Under the pieces are notes generated by a model that saw nothing but the letters and a program-made list of their open reading frames with translations, searched no databases and was not told the origin of the DNA. The position numbers and the translations under genes were made by a program. From assembly GCA_910592345.1 (NCBI GenBank), contig CAJVPI010000286.1, positions 1 through 36,752 of the forward strand: a DNA stretch of 36,752 nucleotides, written 5' to 3'. The DNA comes from Paraglomus brasilianum. Taxonomy: Eukaryota. Positions 1 through 11,727 of this stretch are shown piece by piece. Each line of letters begins with the position of its first letter. The first letter of the stretch is position 1.

Positions 1-561
1 CAAATAGTGCATTTGCATTGAGAGGAAGAGGGGGAGTCTATCGAATGCTTAAACAATATGACAATGCATTAGTTGATTTCAATAAATCATTGGAGATTGA
101 ACCAAAGGATGTATTTGCATTGGAAAACAAGGGGGAAGTCTATCGAAGGCTTAAACAATATGATAATGCATTAGTTGATTTCAATAAATCGTTGGAGATT
201 GACCCAAATAGTGCATTTGCATTGAGAGGAAGAGGGGGAGTCTATCGAATGCTTAAACAATATGACAATGCATTAGTTGATCTCAATAAATCGTTGGAGA
301 TTGACCCAAATAATGTATTTGCATTGGAAAACAGGGGGGAAGTCTATCGAATGCTTAAACAATATGACAATGCATTAGTTGATTTCAATAAATCGTTGGA
401 GATTGATCCAAATAACGCGTCTACATTGGAAAGCAGGGGGGAAGTCTATCGAATGCTTAAACAATATGACAATGCATTAGTTGATCTCAATAAATCGTTG
501 GAGATTGACCCAAATCGTCCATTTGCATTGGAAGTAAGAGGGGATGTCTATCGAATGCTTC
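1..561 (+). repeat. 102-bp coding tandem repeat (TPR units) with very high internal identity
   Basis: GTCTATCGAATGCTTAAACAATATGACAATGCATTAGTTGAT recurs every 102 nt. The units starting at 1 and 205 differ at only about 3 positions. Confidence 0.95.
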
Positions 562-638
562 ATAAAAATAACAAGGACGGCAATACCGAAAACAAGACCT
601 TGGACAATCTCAATAACAATAAGGCAACAGGAAATTGA
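3..638 (+). CDS. 3' part of a TPR-repeat protein (about 5.5 visible 34-aa repeats; 5' end outside the window; possibly the sensor domain of an NLR-like protein)
   Basis: Frame is open from the window edge to TGA at 636-638. The unit PxxxFALxxRGxVYRMLKQYDNALVDxNKSLEID matches the TPR consensus (A8/G, Y, A20, A/S27, P32 spacing). Confidence 0.9.
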   Translation, partial: NSAFALRGRGGVYRMLKQYDNALVDFNKSLEIEPKDVFALENKGEVYRRLKQYDNALVDFNKSLEIDPNSAFALRGRGGVYRMLKQYDNALVDLNKSLEIDPNNVFALENRGEVYRMLKQYDNALVDFNKSLEIDPNNASTLESRGEVYRMLKQYDNALVDLNKSLEIDPNRPFALEVRGDVYRMLHKNNKDGNTENKTLDNLNNNKATGN

Positions 639-857
639 TTAAATTAAAATCGAATTATATCAATGAGTAGTATCTAGTAAATTATTAAAACAACTGTAAG
701 CGAATTGATTTTTAACTTTAATAAAACTTATTTATATCTTTCCTGATTTCTAATAATGCATAAATCATTAAATTTGGAGTTTTGCGTTCCTTTAACAGAT
801 GGGTCCGATAAATAACATAAATCATTAAATTTGGTGCGGTCTTGACAAATACGTGTA

Positions 858-1653
858 CACAGTGAAAGTTGATATAACGGATTGTTCGGGGCCGGCACGT
901 TTGTCCGCTATATCGACGGTCCGTTACATCGAACAGTGAGTTTTATACCGGACTCTTAACTAAACTTGCAAAAAATCCGTTATAACGACGGCCTTTAATA
1001 TTAATATCTATTATTATTACATGTGTGACATAATAATAATAATACCTAACGATAAATTCAATTTAAGACTCGAATGTAAAAAACTCGTCAATATTTGTCT
1101 GCTTTCTTTGTTCAATGCGTTTCATAACAATTTCCTTTCTTAATCTCTATTGTTAACCACATTTTTTCTTGTTTCAAAATATCTGAGTCTGCCTGTTTTG
1201 ATATTTTATACTCCTTTACCATATCTTTTTGCTTGAGTACAGGATTAGCTCGCATAGATCTTTTTTCTGTAATGCTGTTAAGGTAACGCAAGTTCGTTTG
1301 TTTACATCACTTTGCTGAGAAGCATTTTTTTTTTATTTAAATTGATAGGGCCATAAGTCGACATTATGTTAAGTTTGTAATTTGTTAGATACGTGTAGCA
1401 GAAAATGGGAAAAGAATCTTATTCTTTAATTGTGTATAGCAGCGGACTTCAGTATGGATATAACGGACTTCGTTACACAAAATCCGTTATATTGAAATAA
1501 GCTAAAGTTAAATGTGTTCGGGCAAATTAGTCCGGATCACTGTTTAATATAAAAGTCCGCTATAATACTTAGTATAAATTCCGTCCCAGCAAAAAAGTCC
1601 GTATAAGGCAAAATCCGTTATATCGACGGTCCGTTATATCGACTTTCACTGTG
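858..1653 (-). mobile_element. Non-autonomous pogo/Tigger-type (Tc1/mariner superfamily) element, internal deletion derivative
   Basis: 24-bp TIRs CACAGTGAAAGTTGATATAACGGA (858-881) and 1630-1653 with 1 mismatch; TA on both flanks; many subterminal CCGTTATA(T/A)CGA repeats. The minus strand keeps a frameshifted CENP-B-like HTH (KRTCVTLTALQKKDLC..NPVLKQKDMVKEYKISKQADSDILK) and a C-terminus RKQTNIDEFFTFES*. Confidence 0.88.
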
Positions 1654-2344
1654 TATATTAATATAATAAATTTGTGCGAAAAGAACCGGATTGCACTAAG
1701 GTAACGGTATGTTTGGTATTACGAAGACTCATTCCAAAGCATCTTCGAGAATTGGGTCTCATTGAATAAACTTAAAATTTTTTAAATGTGCTCGGAGCAA
1801 GAGTGAAAAATCACATGACTGCGCGACCCTAGGTCTCACACTTTCACAGAAAAAGTTATTACATATCATATGAGAAATTTCGAAGTAGCATAGTACAATC
1901 CATTTTCCAGTTATTAACAACAGAATTTAGCAGTAGTAAAAAATGCTTAGTGATTAAAAGATAAACCCTAACAGATTCAATCAGCGTAATACGTAAAAAA
2001 AATTTGTTAAAACCGAGGCTACAATATCGTGTGAAGTGGTCCTAGAGAATGTTATGCATATACGCTCGAGCGATTGCACGTTGAGCAAAGTAAAATTCCA
2101 GTTGGATGGGATCATTAAGATTTGAAGGAGGCATCAAATCATGGTAAAGACAGCGTAATGATATGTTAATAACGCATTGACCTTGCAAAATATTTAATGG
2201 AGCTCCTGTGCCATCCTGTGTACCGAATTCAAACTAGTATTTATTATACATACATTAGAGATTTTTAATATGTTAATATAAAAACAAATGGCTATATAGT
2301 TTAACATTACCATACCCATCCCATTCTTTCTGACTATCTCACGA

Positions 2345-3010
2345 AAAGAATCTTTGGTGATTGCTTTTTAAAAATTTTGATTGGGTTAATATCTGGACTA
2401 TTAGACGGCCAATTGGCACCGCTGCATGAAGAAGCTCTACAGTTGTTGAATGTGATTCTTCGACCACATCATACCTAATATAACCAAAGAATTCTATATC
2501 TCGATGCACGAACATTGCGTGCATACCAAGATATTGCTAGTATGCTATGCATTGTCAAGTCAGCAGTTACTGGGTTAGCAGCATCGAGCCATCGCCTCAA
2601 CCTACTATGTTCAACAACTACACGTGAGTTCTATGGTTTCCTTAGCTTTATGCTTGGAACATTCAATTGTTTCCTATAATAGCATTTGCATTATCAAAAA
2701 GATTTTCAGTTAAAATCTTACGATAAAGAATACCTCCATAATGTCTGTGAAAATAAAAAAGCCAACAGGACCTTTTACTGAGAAGGCACCCCACGCGTGA
2801 ACTTTATAGGGTTGTTTTACCATGGCCTTACTTGGAGGTTGAGTGCCATTTTGTAAAATACTTTTTGAGTATTTCGAAACATCTGGAACGTAGTTTCATC
2901 AGAAAATATGACCTTATTCCAATTTTGTTTCTTGTATTTTATGGCAAATGCTACTCAATTTTTTGTTTATGAGTGGCTGTAAGAAGAGGAATGCATTTTG
3001 GAGCTGTGGC
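2345..3010 (-). pseudogene. Degenerate Tc1-family DDE transposase
   Basis: Minus-strand translation gives WNKVIFSDETTFQMF (~2880-2925), KVHAWGAFSVKG, YRKILTENL, PKHKAK and WPSNSPDINPI (~2380-2412). Frameshifts, stops and an apparent interruption are present. Boundaries are approximate. Confidence 0.85.
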
Positions 3011-5242
3011 GTGATATTGGAGGTTATGGAACTTATCGCGAGTTCAGTGCAACACACAATGACCAAACCCTCACTTAATCACAACGTTATATGACAATAA
3101 TCTATTTGTGGGAGGCTGGCACGCGTGATGCTGACACTTTTTTTATTATGATACATTTTATTCTCATTACTTTTTTCGTCACATATTCTTTGTCAGTCAC
3201 GGGCAAACAATGGGTAAGTGATTGCCGCATAATCATATTTCTATAAGTTGTTTATGTACTCTGAAGAATTGCCTAGACTTGTCTCTCCCCGTGGTAGCAT
3301 GTTGCTTATTAATAGTTGCTTTTATTTAAATAAATCTCTGACTCTCTAGATCATATGATTGACTTCTATGCCTAACGGTACAGAAGGTCTTCCAACAATC
3401 ATTTAACGATAAGCTTTGTAATCCGAGTCTGCTGACAACCAAAGCAGCATTCAAACACAACACCCTTGATCCTCCCAAGTTTAAACAGCTTGTGGGAATA
3501 ACGCGTAACTGTCACAGAAACTGCCCATTTTGGTATGGAAAATGAAATTTATATTTCGGAAAACCAAGAGAATATTCTGACGGCCTTCTTGGCCGATTCG
3601 GTCAATTTCTCCAAGTTAGTGACAGAGTCCAAAAAGTGCACCCCACCTGCGGCATCAAGCTTTATAAAATAAGAAATACGTGCACGCGATACAGAGATCG
3701 GGCCAAATTGAAGAGTTCATCGTAATAGTGAAACAAATCTTTGAAGGGGAGAGGAAAAATAAAAATTTTTACAAGATACTGGAAAAGCATAAATGATAAA
3801 CCTGCTGAGATTATGCTGATATTGAGACTGATGAGAAAGGAAGAAGCTTTTCGTGATGGAACAGAAAAGACGTATAACTTATCTTTAGCAATGTCGAGCA
3901 GCTTACACCTGGGAGAGCGACGATGCACTAGCCTTGGATTTAGTCTTTTCCTTTGTTCTTCCTACTTCAAACTAAATACTAACGACAATTAGTGACCATT
4001 AACTAGGTTTTATAGTATGTTATCGGTCTTGTATACGCTGTCCCTGAATTATTGACTATTACGTCGATTTCTCCCGATGGGATTAATCTCGAAACCTATC
4101 GGTCGGGGAAATTATCTTTCTACACTATTAATATAATTAAACAATAATCCTGATGCGAAAATATTATATAGAATTGATTGGCAAGTATCAATACTATTCG
4201 CCGATGGCGGGGAAAGCGTTTTACACTTCGCCAACGACGCAAGTATCCTTTACCAGGGAATAAAAATGTTTATGATTAAATATGACCTTATTAGAATAAA
4301 AGAACTATCCTATTAGCAACGTCTTGCTGAAGATATGATCTAAAGAACAGATCAAATACTGAAGATATTGTTCTACAATAACGAATTATCGTTTCACTAA
4401 AAGATTTTTGGATAAATGGGGAGATTTTTGTGTTCGCGTTGTCAAGAATTTTCGATATATTGGGACTGGTTAATTAAGAATTTCGTCCTAATCCGGTCAT
4501 TATTTTGTTGATGCTTCTGCGCTTGAGCAAATTCTTGATAAGAACTGTAAAAAGCATGCCTCGTAATTATTTTCTATGCATCTCAGTCTTGTACATTCCT
4601 ACCTTCTTTAAAGAACATTCTCTTTGGGTTTCCTTGTCTCGGCTTTGCTTATTCTGCCACCCCTTAGTTGATTATTTGAGAACGATTGTTGAGAACTATC
4701 AAAGTCCTCTTTCTAAAAACTTTCGCGTATGCTGATCACGAGACGGAAGTTGCCCAACATTTCAATTAAGATACTTTAGCATATATGCATCAATAACACA
4801 CTTAGACTTCACAGTGGAGGAGATGCAATATGATAGACATAGTAGAATTATCCCTATTTCATCCTATAAGAGGAATTGCCATTATTAGCCAGTCGAAATA
4901 CGATAGCGATAGTTGCAAATATCAATAAGATCAACTTGCACACTAGTAATAGCAAACACGGTGAATAACTAAAGACACAGCCTGAGTCTTAAACTCTAGT
5001 AAGGTAGTAATTAACATATTTATTTATACCAAAATTTAAGATTTATTTGCTATATCGCACTCTACCTAGTTAACAGAATATCATTCCGTCGCTTATTGTA
5101 GTCGTTGATTCAAACACGAAATTTACGTTAAACAAACATGAGGACATGACAAGGAATGCAGTCGTTCGTCCTATGTTCGGCAGTCGGTCGTATGCGAAGA
5201 ATTATTCATATTTACAACAATAAATGGAAAAAACCATCTCTT

Positions 5243-6728
5243 TCAATCGGAACGCGTTAATTTACCCTTGGCAATTGCTGCCTTGACCTCGGTCGAGGGA
5301 CATATAGATGATACCTTGATATGAGAAACAGTCATCAGTGTATCCAGATACTGGCTTCACAGTATTGACAAACTATAGTTGTATTGACATGCCACAATAA
5401 CTCATCGGATATTTACCGGACATTCCCAGCACCTTGGGTTGCGTGGCAAACACGTTACCTGACCAAATCCGACGAAAAGCGGGTTTATTTCCGACCAGAG
5501 ACTCTGCGGTAGCCATGATTCAAGCGCCTTGAACGTAAAAGATGATAAAGATGGTCATTATAAGATTGTTATGCTTTTAAAAGCTGCAGAAACAAAAGGC
5601 AATAACAAATCATTTACTTTTCTTGTTGCTTCCGGTCCTCCTTTTTCCGTTTTGCACCAAGCAAGACGATTGCTTATTCGATGTACATGCACGTCGACAC
5701 CTATTCCTTGATTTCTAGGGTCATTTTAATAAAGAAAACTTTGAATGTGACGAGAGTGCAGATAGCATGTGCTTTCTGTTCGATGGTACTCACTTTTTCC
5801 ATGCGACCTGCATACAGAGATATGCCTACGCGTAGAGCGTAAAATAATTACGATAAGTGAACAATTGGCATAAAGATCTTGTCCTTTTTCGCATCTTACC
5901 ATCTTGGGTCCTACTCCAGGTAAATTCATCAATCCTTCCACAGTGTCTGGTATATCCCCTCCGTACAAATCTCGGCAAATAACAGCTGCTTGCTTTATAT
6001 ACCTAAGTAAACAAAAATTCTCTTAACATTAAATGCTAGTGGTACATGTCTAACAGGCCCACTGACAGTTTCTCATCAGAACTCACATAGCCTTTCGCTT
6101 GTGGAATCCAACCTTGGATATGCACGCGTCAATAAACTCCTCGTCAGCATCTAATACACTCTGTAACATTAGTCCGTTTGGCAGTCTCTGTTTCAAATTC
6201 TTGATTGCTACAGCAGTAACTGTATCTTTGGTTTGTGAAGAGAGCATCAATGCTACTAAAGATTGGAAGCGAGACGTCTGAAACGACGGAGGGTGTCATC
6301 GGATCAATCGTATAACCCGCAAGTTACTTATATCAGTATGTCTCAAGTATTGAATTAGCATCAAATCGTATATTTAATACCTCGGCGGTGACAGTTTCAC
6401 TGGGTTCATCAGCTAACCGCTCACATCCCATCGTATCAACAGGAGCTGTGACTCTTTTTCGATACTCTTTGATATTATTATAAATATATTCCCATTTATC
6501 AGGTATAGCGTTACTCAGCTGATCACTCTTCTTACGCATTTTCTTTGATAATACTTTTTTCTCGGATTCATCCTCAATTTGAATCGTCTTTACTACATCT
6601 TTTATAACTGTCCTGTCTTCGGTTTTTGTCTCTTCCTCAACTTCTATTTTCACATGAGCGCGCGCTCTCTTACGCGTTACTGGGACCTCGTACTTTTGAG
6701 TTGTATTAGTAACAGTATTTAGTCGCAT
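5243..6728 (-). CDS. NTH1: Endonuclease III-like DNA glycosylase/AP lyase (Nth1/Ntg), about 7 exons
   Basis: Spliced reconstruction: [37 protein letters not shown], HhH motif [24 protein letters not shown], and 4Fe-4S motif [17 protein letters not shown] (completed by the last exon 5314-5243). Introns are GT-AG. Confidence 0.95.
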
Positions 6729-7215
6729 TTGGAATACAAAGAATGATGCGCGATTACGATGGGAAGGCAAGCATCCAAACCTGGCCATCAGTAATAGAAA
6801 TTTAAGCAATATTCATATTTATTTTGTACTACATTGGTACCAAAAAAAGTTGGGATTTCAAGGCCCTAACTTCGTTTTTTCAGAAAACTCGACAATCTAT
6901 ATTGCGCTCTTTTGTCATATACTAATACCAAATGACTAATGCATAATAAATTATTATAATTTCTCATTGTCGTTCCAGATAAATCGCCTGGTTCAGATTT
7001 TACTTTTATCCATGCTCGTATTGGACTTACTATTACAATCATTTGTCATGAAACCGATTGCTCAAATAGTTTATTAATCACTAGAATCTACGATAATGAG
7101 AATACTGTATACGGCGAATTAATATTAATATCCTTACGTTATCCAAAATCGACAAAAAAGGGGAACTGATCAACATTGATAATTAGTGGTTTCTCCATCG
7201 TTTAGCCTTAAAATC

Positions 7216-8533
7216 ATGTCACCTACGATTCAAAGTTTAACTAAAAAGTTAGTCAATGATCCCAATGCTTTTGCTCCAGCAGATGCGCAGGCAGCAATCG
7301 TTGAGTTAATGGCTGGTAGAGCGACATCAGCTCAGATAGCTTGTTTTCTAATCGCATTGAAAATACTAAACAAAGATGCCGAACCCGAAATAGTTGCTGC
7401 ATGTGCGGCGTCGATGCTCGAGTTTGCCGTCAAAGTGGATTTTAGTCAATATGAAGGATTACAGGATTCACTGGTGGACGTTGTGGGGACGGGTGGAGAT
7501 GGTATGAATACTTTTAATGTGTCAACTACTGCGGCCATTGTGATTGCTGGTGCAGGTGCGAAAGTTGCTAAGGTAAGAGGTTTATGGTAAATTTATGTTT
7601 TATACGATTATGTTAACTGATATTCTAATACTAAGTATTCAACGGATTTGATACATCTCGTAATGGAAATTATTAACAACAAAGTTTGGCAACAGGGCTG
7701 CTTCGTCTTCAAGTGGATCGGCTGATATCCTGGAATCGCTTGGTTGCAAAATAATCAATGTCACCGCTAGTGAGGTACCTCACATAGTCAACTCAAACAA
7801 CTTTTGTTTTCTCTTTGCACAAACCTTCCATCCTGCTGTGAAGCACGTTGCACAGCCACGAAGGGAGATGGGTATTCCTACAATATTTAATTTATTAGGG
7901 CCGTTAGTCAACCCAGCAAGGCCAAAGAGAGTAGTGATTGGAGTGTATTCAAAAAGTCTTGGTCCATTAGTCATCGAGGCATTAAGGTTGAATCAAGCCA
8001 AGAAGGCTATGGTAGTGCATGGAGCTATTGGGTTAGATGAGGTAAATAGATACTGATAGATGACCGTTTATAATATTGGCAATGACTAATTGTCCCTTCA
8101 TTCTCGTGATCTAATAGGTTAGCCCGGAAGGTGAAACTTTTGTAAGTACTTTAAATCCCCTGTTAATTTGGTTAATAGAAATATACCAACTTTTATCTTT
8201 TTTTTTTAGGTATGGGAACTGGAAGATGACATTATCAAAGAGTATACAGTAACACCATCGGACTATGGTCTTCCCTCCCATCCAATCTCTTCTGTTGCTG
8301 GAGGTACAGCTAGTGAGAATGCAGAAACTTTATTGAAGCTATTATCAAATGAGTATGAGGGTCCAGTTTTAGACTTTGTGTTGTTAAATGCAGCAACGGC
8401 ATTGTATGTTAGTGGAACTGCAAAAGATTTAAAGGAAGGAGTTAAACTAGCTAGAGAAAGCATCACGAGTGGGAGTGCAAAGAAAGCTCTGGATGGGTTC
8501 AGGGATGCGAGTTTACAAGAACAAATTAAATAA
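7216..8533 (+). CDS. TRP4: Anthranilate phosphoribosyltransferase (TrpD); exons 7216-7572, 7685-8041, 8118-8141, 8210-8533
   Basis: Motifs DVVGTGGDGMNTFNVST, GNRAASSSSGSAD, FNLLGPLVNP, VVHGAIGLDEVS and LNAATAL. The splice junctions keep frame. Confidence 0.96.
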
Positions 8534-9668
8534 ACTTATTTATTTGTGATTGTACGTATGAAGATGTCAGGAGATGTTAAATTCAATATCGTATTTTGTA
8601 TATATGGGAATGAAATACGTACTGTAACATAACTCTTTGACTAGTTTACCATATTAGAATATACAGCATATTATTACGATAATAATAAGGATTAACGTGT
8701 AAATAGTGATATTTATCATTATATTCCACGAGCGATATATAATACATATTTGCATACGGGAATAATATTACAAGTTTTTGCTCGCCATGCGGATTACACA
8801 TCGAAACGAATATCATGATCTTACGTTCCAGTCTCCTTAAAGATATTTCCCTCTAACAATTAAGAATTGCTGATTGTTATTAATATGCTGAACCATTTAA
8901 TGCTTTTAATAAATATTTCTTTTGTTAGCACACATAAGGAGAGGAAGCAGAAGTATTTATACTTGCTACTGCGAGGGTTGGATGCGCCCTATTTCCTATA
9001 AAAAATTGTTTTCGCTGCAGACGTGTATAATATTATAAATTTCATAGGAAGACTAAGCAATGGACTGTGTCAACACTACAACACATTATATCTAGATTGG
9101 GCATTCGTAGCATTCGCCATATTTGAGTTGTCGATCCTGTCCTTTGCATCACACTCTTAACTGAATTACGTGTAGTTATGACGTTATCGCAATGAATTTG
9201 CACGTGAAATAGAGATTCAATTACCTCAGATTAGCAATGATTCACTCGTGAATGAGAATGCGTTGTTTATGGTCCAAATTTTGGACTAAAACGGTCTCTG
9301 AGAGCAAGCGCCAGAACACCAATTTTATCCCTTAGTTGGCGTGCCTGAAATAAATACATTGACCCGCTGTTTATTGTAAACATAATTTTTATGTCGTCAA
9401 GCTTGAAGAAACTAGCTCGAGATCCTACCATTCGAGAGAATTAACTGGCGTATCATCGAATGCCACTGGCCATGTCACGCTGGTGATTAATATGGAAATC
9501 GTCTAGTGCTTGTAAATCAAAGATGTCTTCCCTCCGGATTCATACCCTACCAAAATAAAAAGCGTACAACAATCGCTAAATTAGCAATTAAATTGACTTG
9601 TTTGATAAAGTTATACATAGAAAGTTAAATTATTTAATAGACCTAAATACATATATTCTGATCCAAGC

Positions 9669-10140
9669 CGATTGAATTGGGCTAAATCTAAGAGTCATTG
9701 GACAGCTGAAAATTGGAGAAAAATTATTTGGAGTGATGAATCGAGATTTACCGTATACTGCCGTGAATAAGCACCCACCCTTATCATACGATCGTCAACT
9801 CTTATCATTATTATTATTAAAATGATCGGTGTATCATTACGTAAAGTATAATCCACAACAACAGTAATTGCAGTACCAGAAGCGTACTGTTATTTGTGTT
9901 ATGTGGTGAAATAAAATTTTCTGATTGTAATGAACTGTGGTGGGGGTACGTCATGCAGTTAATCTAGGTAATATTGGGGGTGCTTAATCACGATCGAAAT
10001 TTTACTTATAGGAGGAGGCGCTTATTCACGATTGGTGCTTATTTACGGTAGTATACGGTACTTGTTCCAAGAACGCGTGTTTGGAGGTTATCCAATGAAA
10101 ATATAAAGCTAACTGTATTGTTAAGCATGGTGAGAGTGTA
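9669..10140 (+). pseudogene. Degenerate Tc1-family transposase fragment interrupted by a MITE
   Basis: RLNWAKSKSHWTAENWRKIIWSDESRF (9669-9749) resumes after the insert as RVWRLSNE..YKANCIVKHG. It may extend further upstream. Confidence 0.8.
9751..10058. mobile_element. 308-bp MITE with CCGTA termini (pogo-like, TA target site)
   Basis: 25-bp TIR CCGTATACTGCCGTGAATAAGCACC versus 10034-10058 (2 mismatches); TA at 9749-9750 and 10059-10060; subterminal GCTTA(A/T)TCACG repeats. Confidence 0.92.
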
Positions 10141-10365
10141 AATAGCCGATTTTGCTATTTACTACAGAATTATTTGATTGGTACTTAAGTAGTATAATAA
10201 AGTTAGCTAAATCGGTGGCCTCATCACTAAGCATCGACACTACAGGGCCCTATTGTCGTGGTGAGGGAGCGCAGCCGCCTCGCGAAGAAAACCGCTGACA
10301 GTCCACAGTAAGGCGCAGACTGCAACATGCCAACAGACCCACCCAAACAACCAAGCTCTCAAATG

Positions 10366-10640
10366 CGGCATGCTGCAACAAAACCAGACAAAGTGCATTT
10401 GAATATGTGGGCTAAAAATGGCTGATGTGGCTGCCGAAATTTTGGGAAGGCTTTTTTAGTTTAGTGGCACACAACCTATGGACTAATTTTTCATTGCATT
10501 TTTAAACCTAATCATAAAATTTTTTACTTGAAGTTATAACATGCTTAATAGGGGTATCTCTATATAAAAAATAAAAAATATGAAACTAATTTATATCAAA
10601 TCCACTATGGAACCAAAGAATTACAATGCAATTAGAAGCA
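10366..10640 (+). repeat. Terminal segment of a DNA-transposon family (copy 1; inverted homologue at 16060-16298)
   Basis: Shares collinear blocks with the reverse complement of 16060-16298: GG(C/T)ATGCTGCAACAAAACC(A/G)GACAAAGTG, TATGTG(G/A)GCTAA, ATTTTGGGAAG, ACAACCTATGGA(C/T)TAATTTTTCAT, ATATGAAACTAATTTA. Confidence 0.8.
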
Positions 10641-11727
10641 TTTTAAGGCCTCCACTGACTGAGCGACCTATCAACGAAAGATTGTTTCTTATAGTTTTCA
10701 ACTTGTTGACTTGAGCGCATTCATTGAGTCTTGATTCGCGTTTCACTATGATGCAATTGTAACAAAAGAGTCGAATAACGTAACAATAATTTTATAATCT
10801 TAATTATAGAATGCGATCTCACTTGAAAATATAAAAGCACCAGAGTAATTACATACTCGGACCCATGAGTATAACCTATTCTTTGGCAAATCTAAATTTC
10901 ATTATCTTCCTTACTATTACTATTATTATGATATTATCATTATTATCTATTTCTTCGTTTTTATTTTTCCTATCTGAGTGGTTTATGTTTTCCTTTTTTT
11001 CTTCATCAATCCAACGTTGAATTGCCTCAATAGTCTTTTCCCGTGGGTTGTTCGTCGAAGATAAAAATTTCTGTTGATGCAGCGGTGGCCTTTGTTTATT
11101 GAGCACTTATTATTATAAATTTCAAATGCCATTTTGCTAAATGAAATTTTTGATTTTTTTTTGTCGTATGGTTATATCAGGTTATTCCACAACTTTTCGA
11201 TTTCTGGCAAGTAAATTTTGTTCGTCGCCGACAGTTTTGTTATGGGTTGCAACTTCATCGTTTGAATTAGCAACAGGCTGAGAACGAAGCCAATAAAAGA
11301 ATTCGCTTGTGAATATACAGTCGTACCCCTTTATAAGCACCTCTTATATAGTCACAGCTCCCATGTAGTCACATTTTTGTTGGAACCAACCGGTTTTATG
11401 ATAAGTAATATTCGGTATATTGAGACTTTCGTAAACAATGTTTATTAGTTGCAAAAACAGGAGAAAACAAAAAATATAATGATTTCTACGGATCACTCAA
11501 ATTAGAATATTTATGTATCGGAGATTCATTTGAGAGACCTTACCTTTATTAGACAATGCAAAGTCAACATTACTTAGAATTGTTCGATGCGTCAATGAAG
11601 AAAAAATGATACGTTTTACATGATTAACTTACCAATCACTGTATCGTATGACAAATTTCTAATTGCTACAACCAATCACCATGTTTAAATTTTTATCCCG
11701 TGATCAACTTCGTTATAAAGAGACTAC

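Noticed and set aside
1..561. Regularly spaced repeats with variable inserts resembling a CRISPR array
   Set aside because: The period is 102 nt, in frame, and encodes TPR units. The context is eukaryotic and there are no cas genes.
4066..4112. Hairpin CCGATGGG/CCTATCGG as a Helitron 3' end or terminator
   Set aside because: No CTRR terminus at the expected distance and no associated element or gene was identified.
10212..10365. Hammerhead or HDV ribozyme, or tRNA-derived SINE
   Set aside because: No CUGANGA/GAAA core, nested HDV pseudoknot or A/B boxes could be identified by eye; kept only as an unassigned structured island.
10876..11106. 76-aa minus-strand ORF
   Set aside because: It is low-complexity, has a non-ATG start and lies within TE debris; no recognisable domain.
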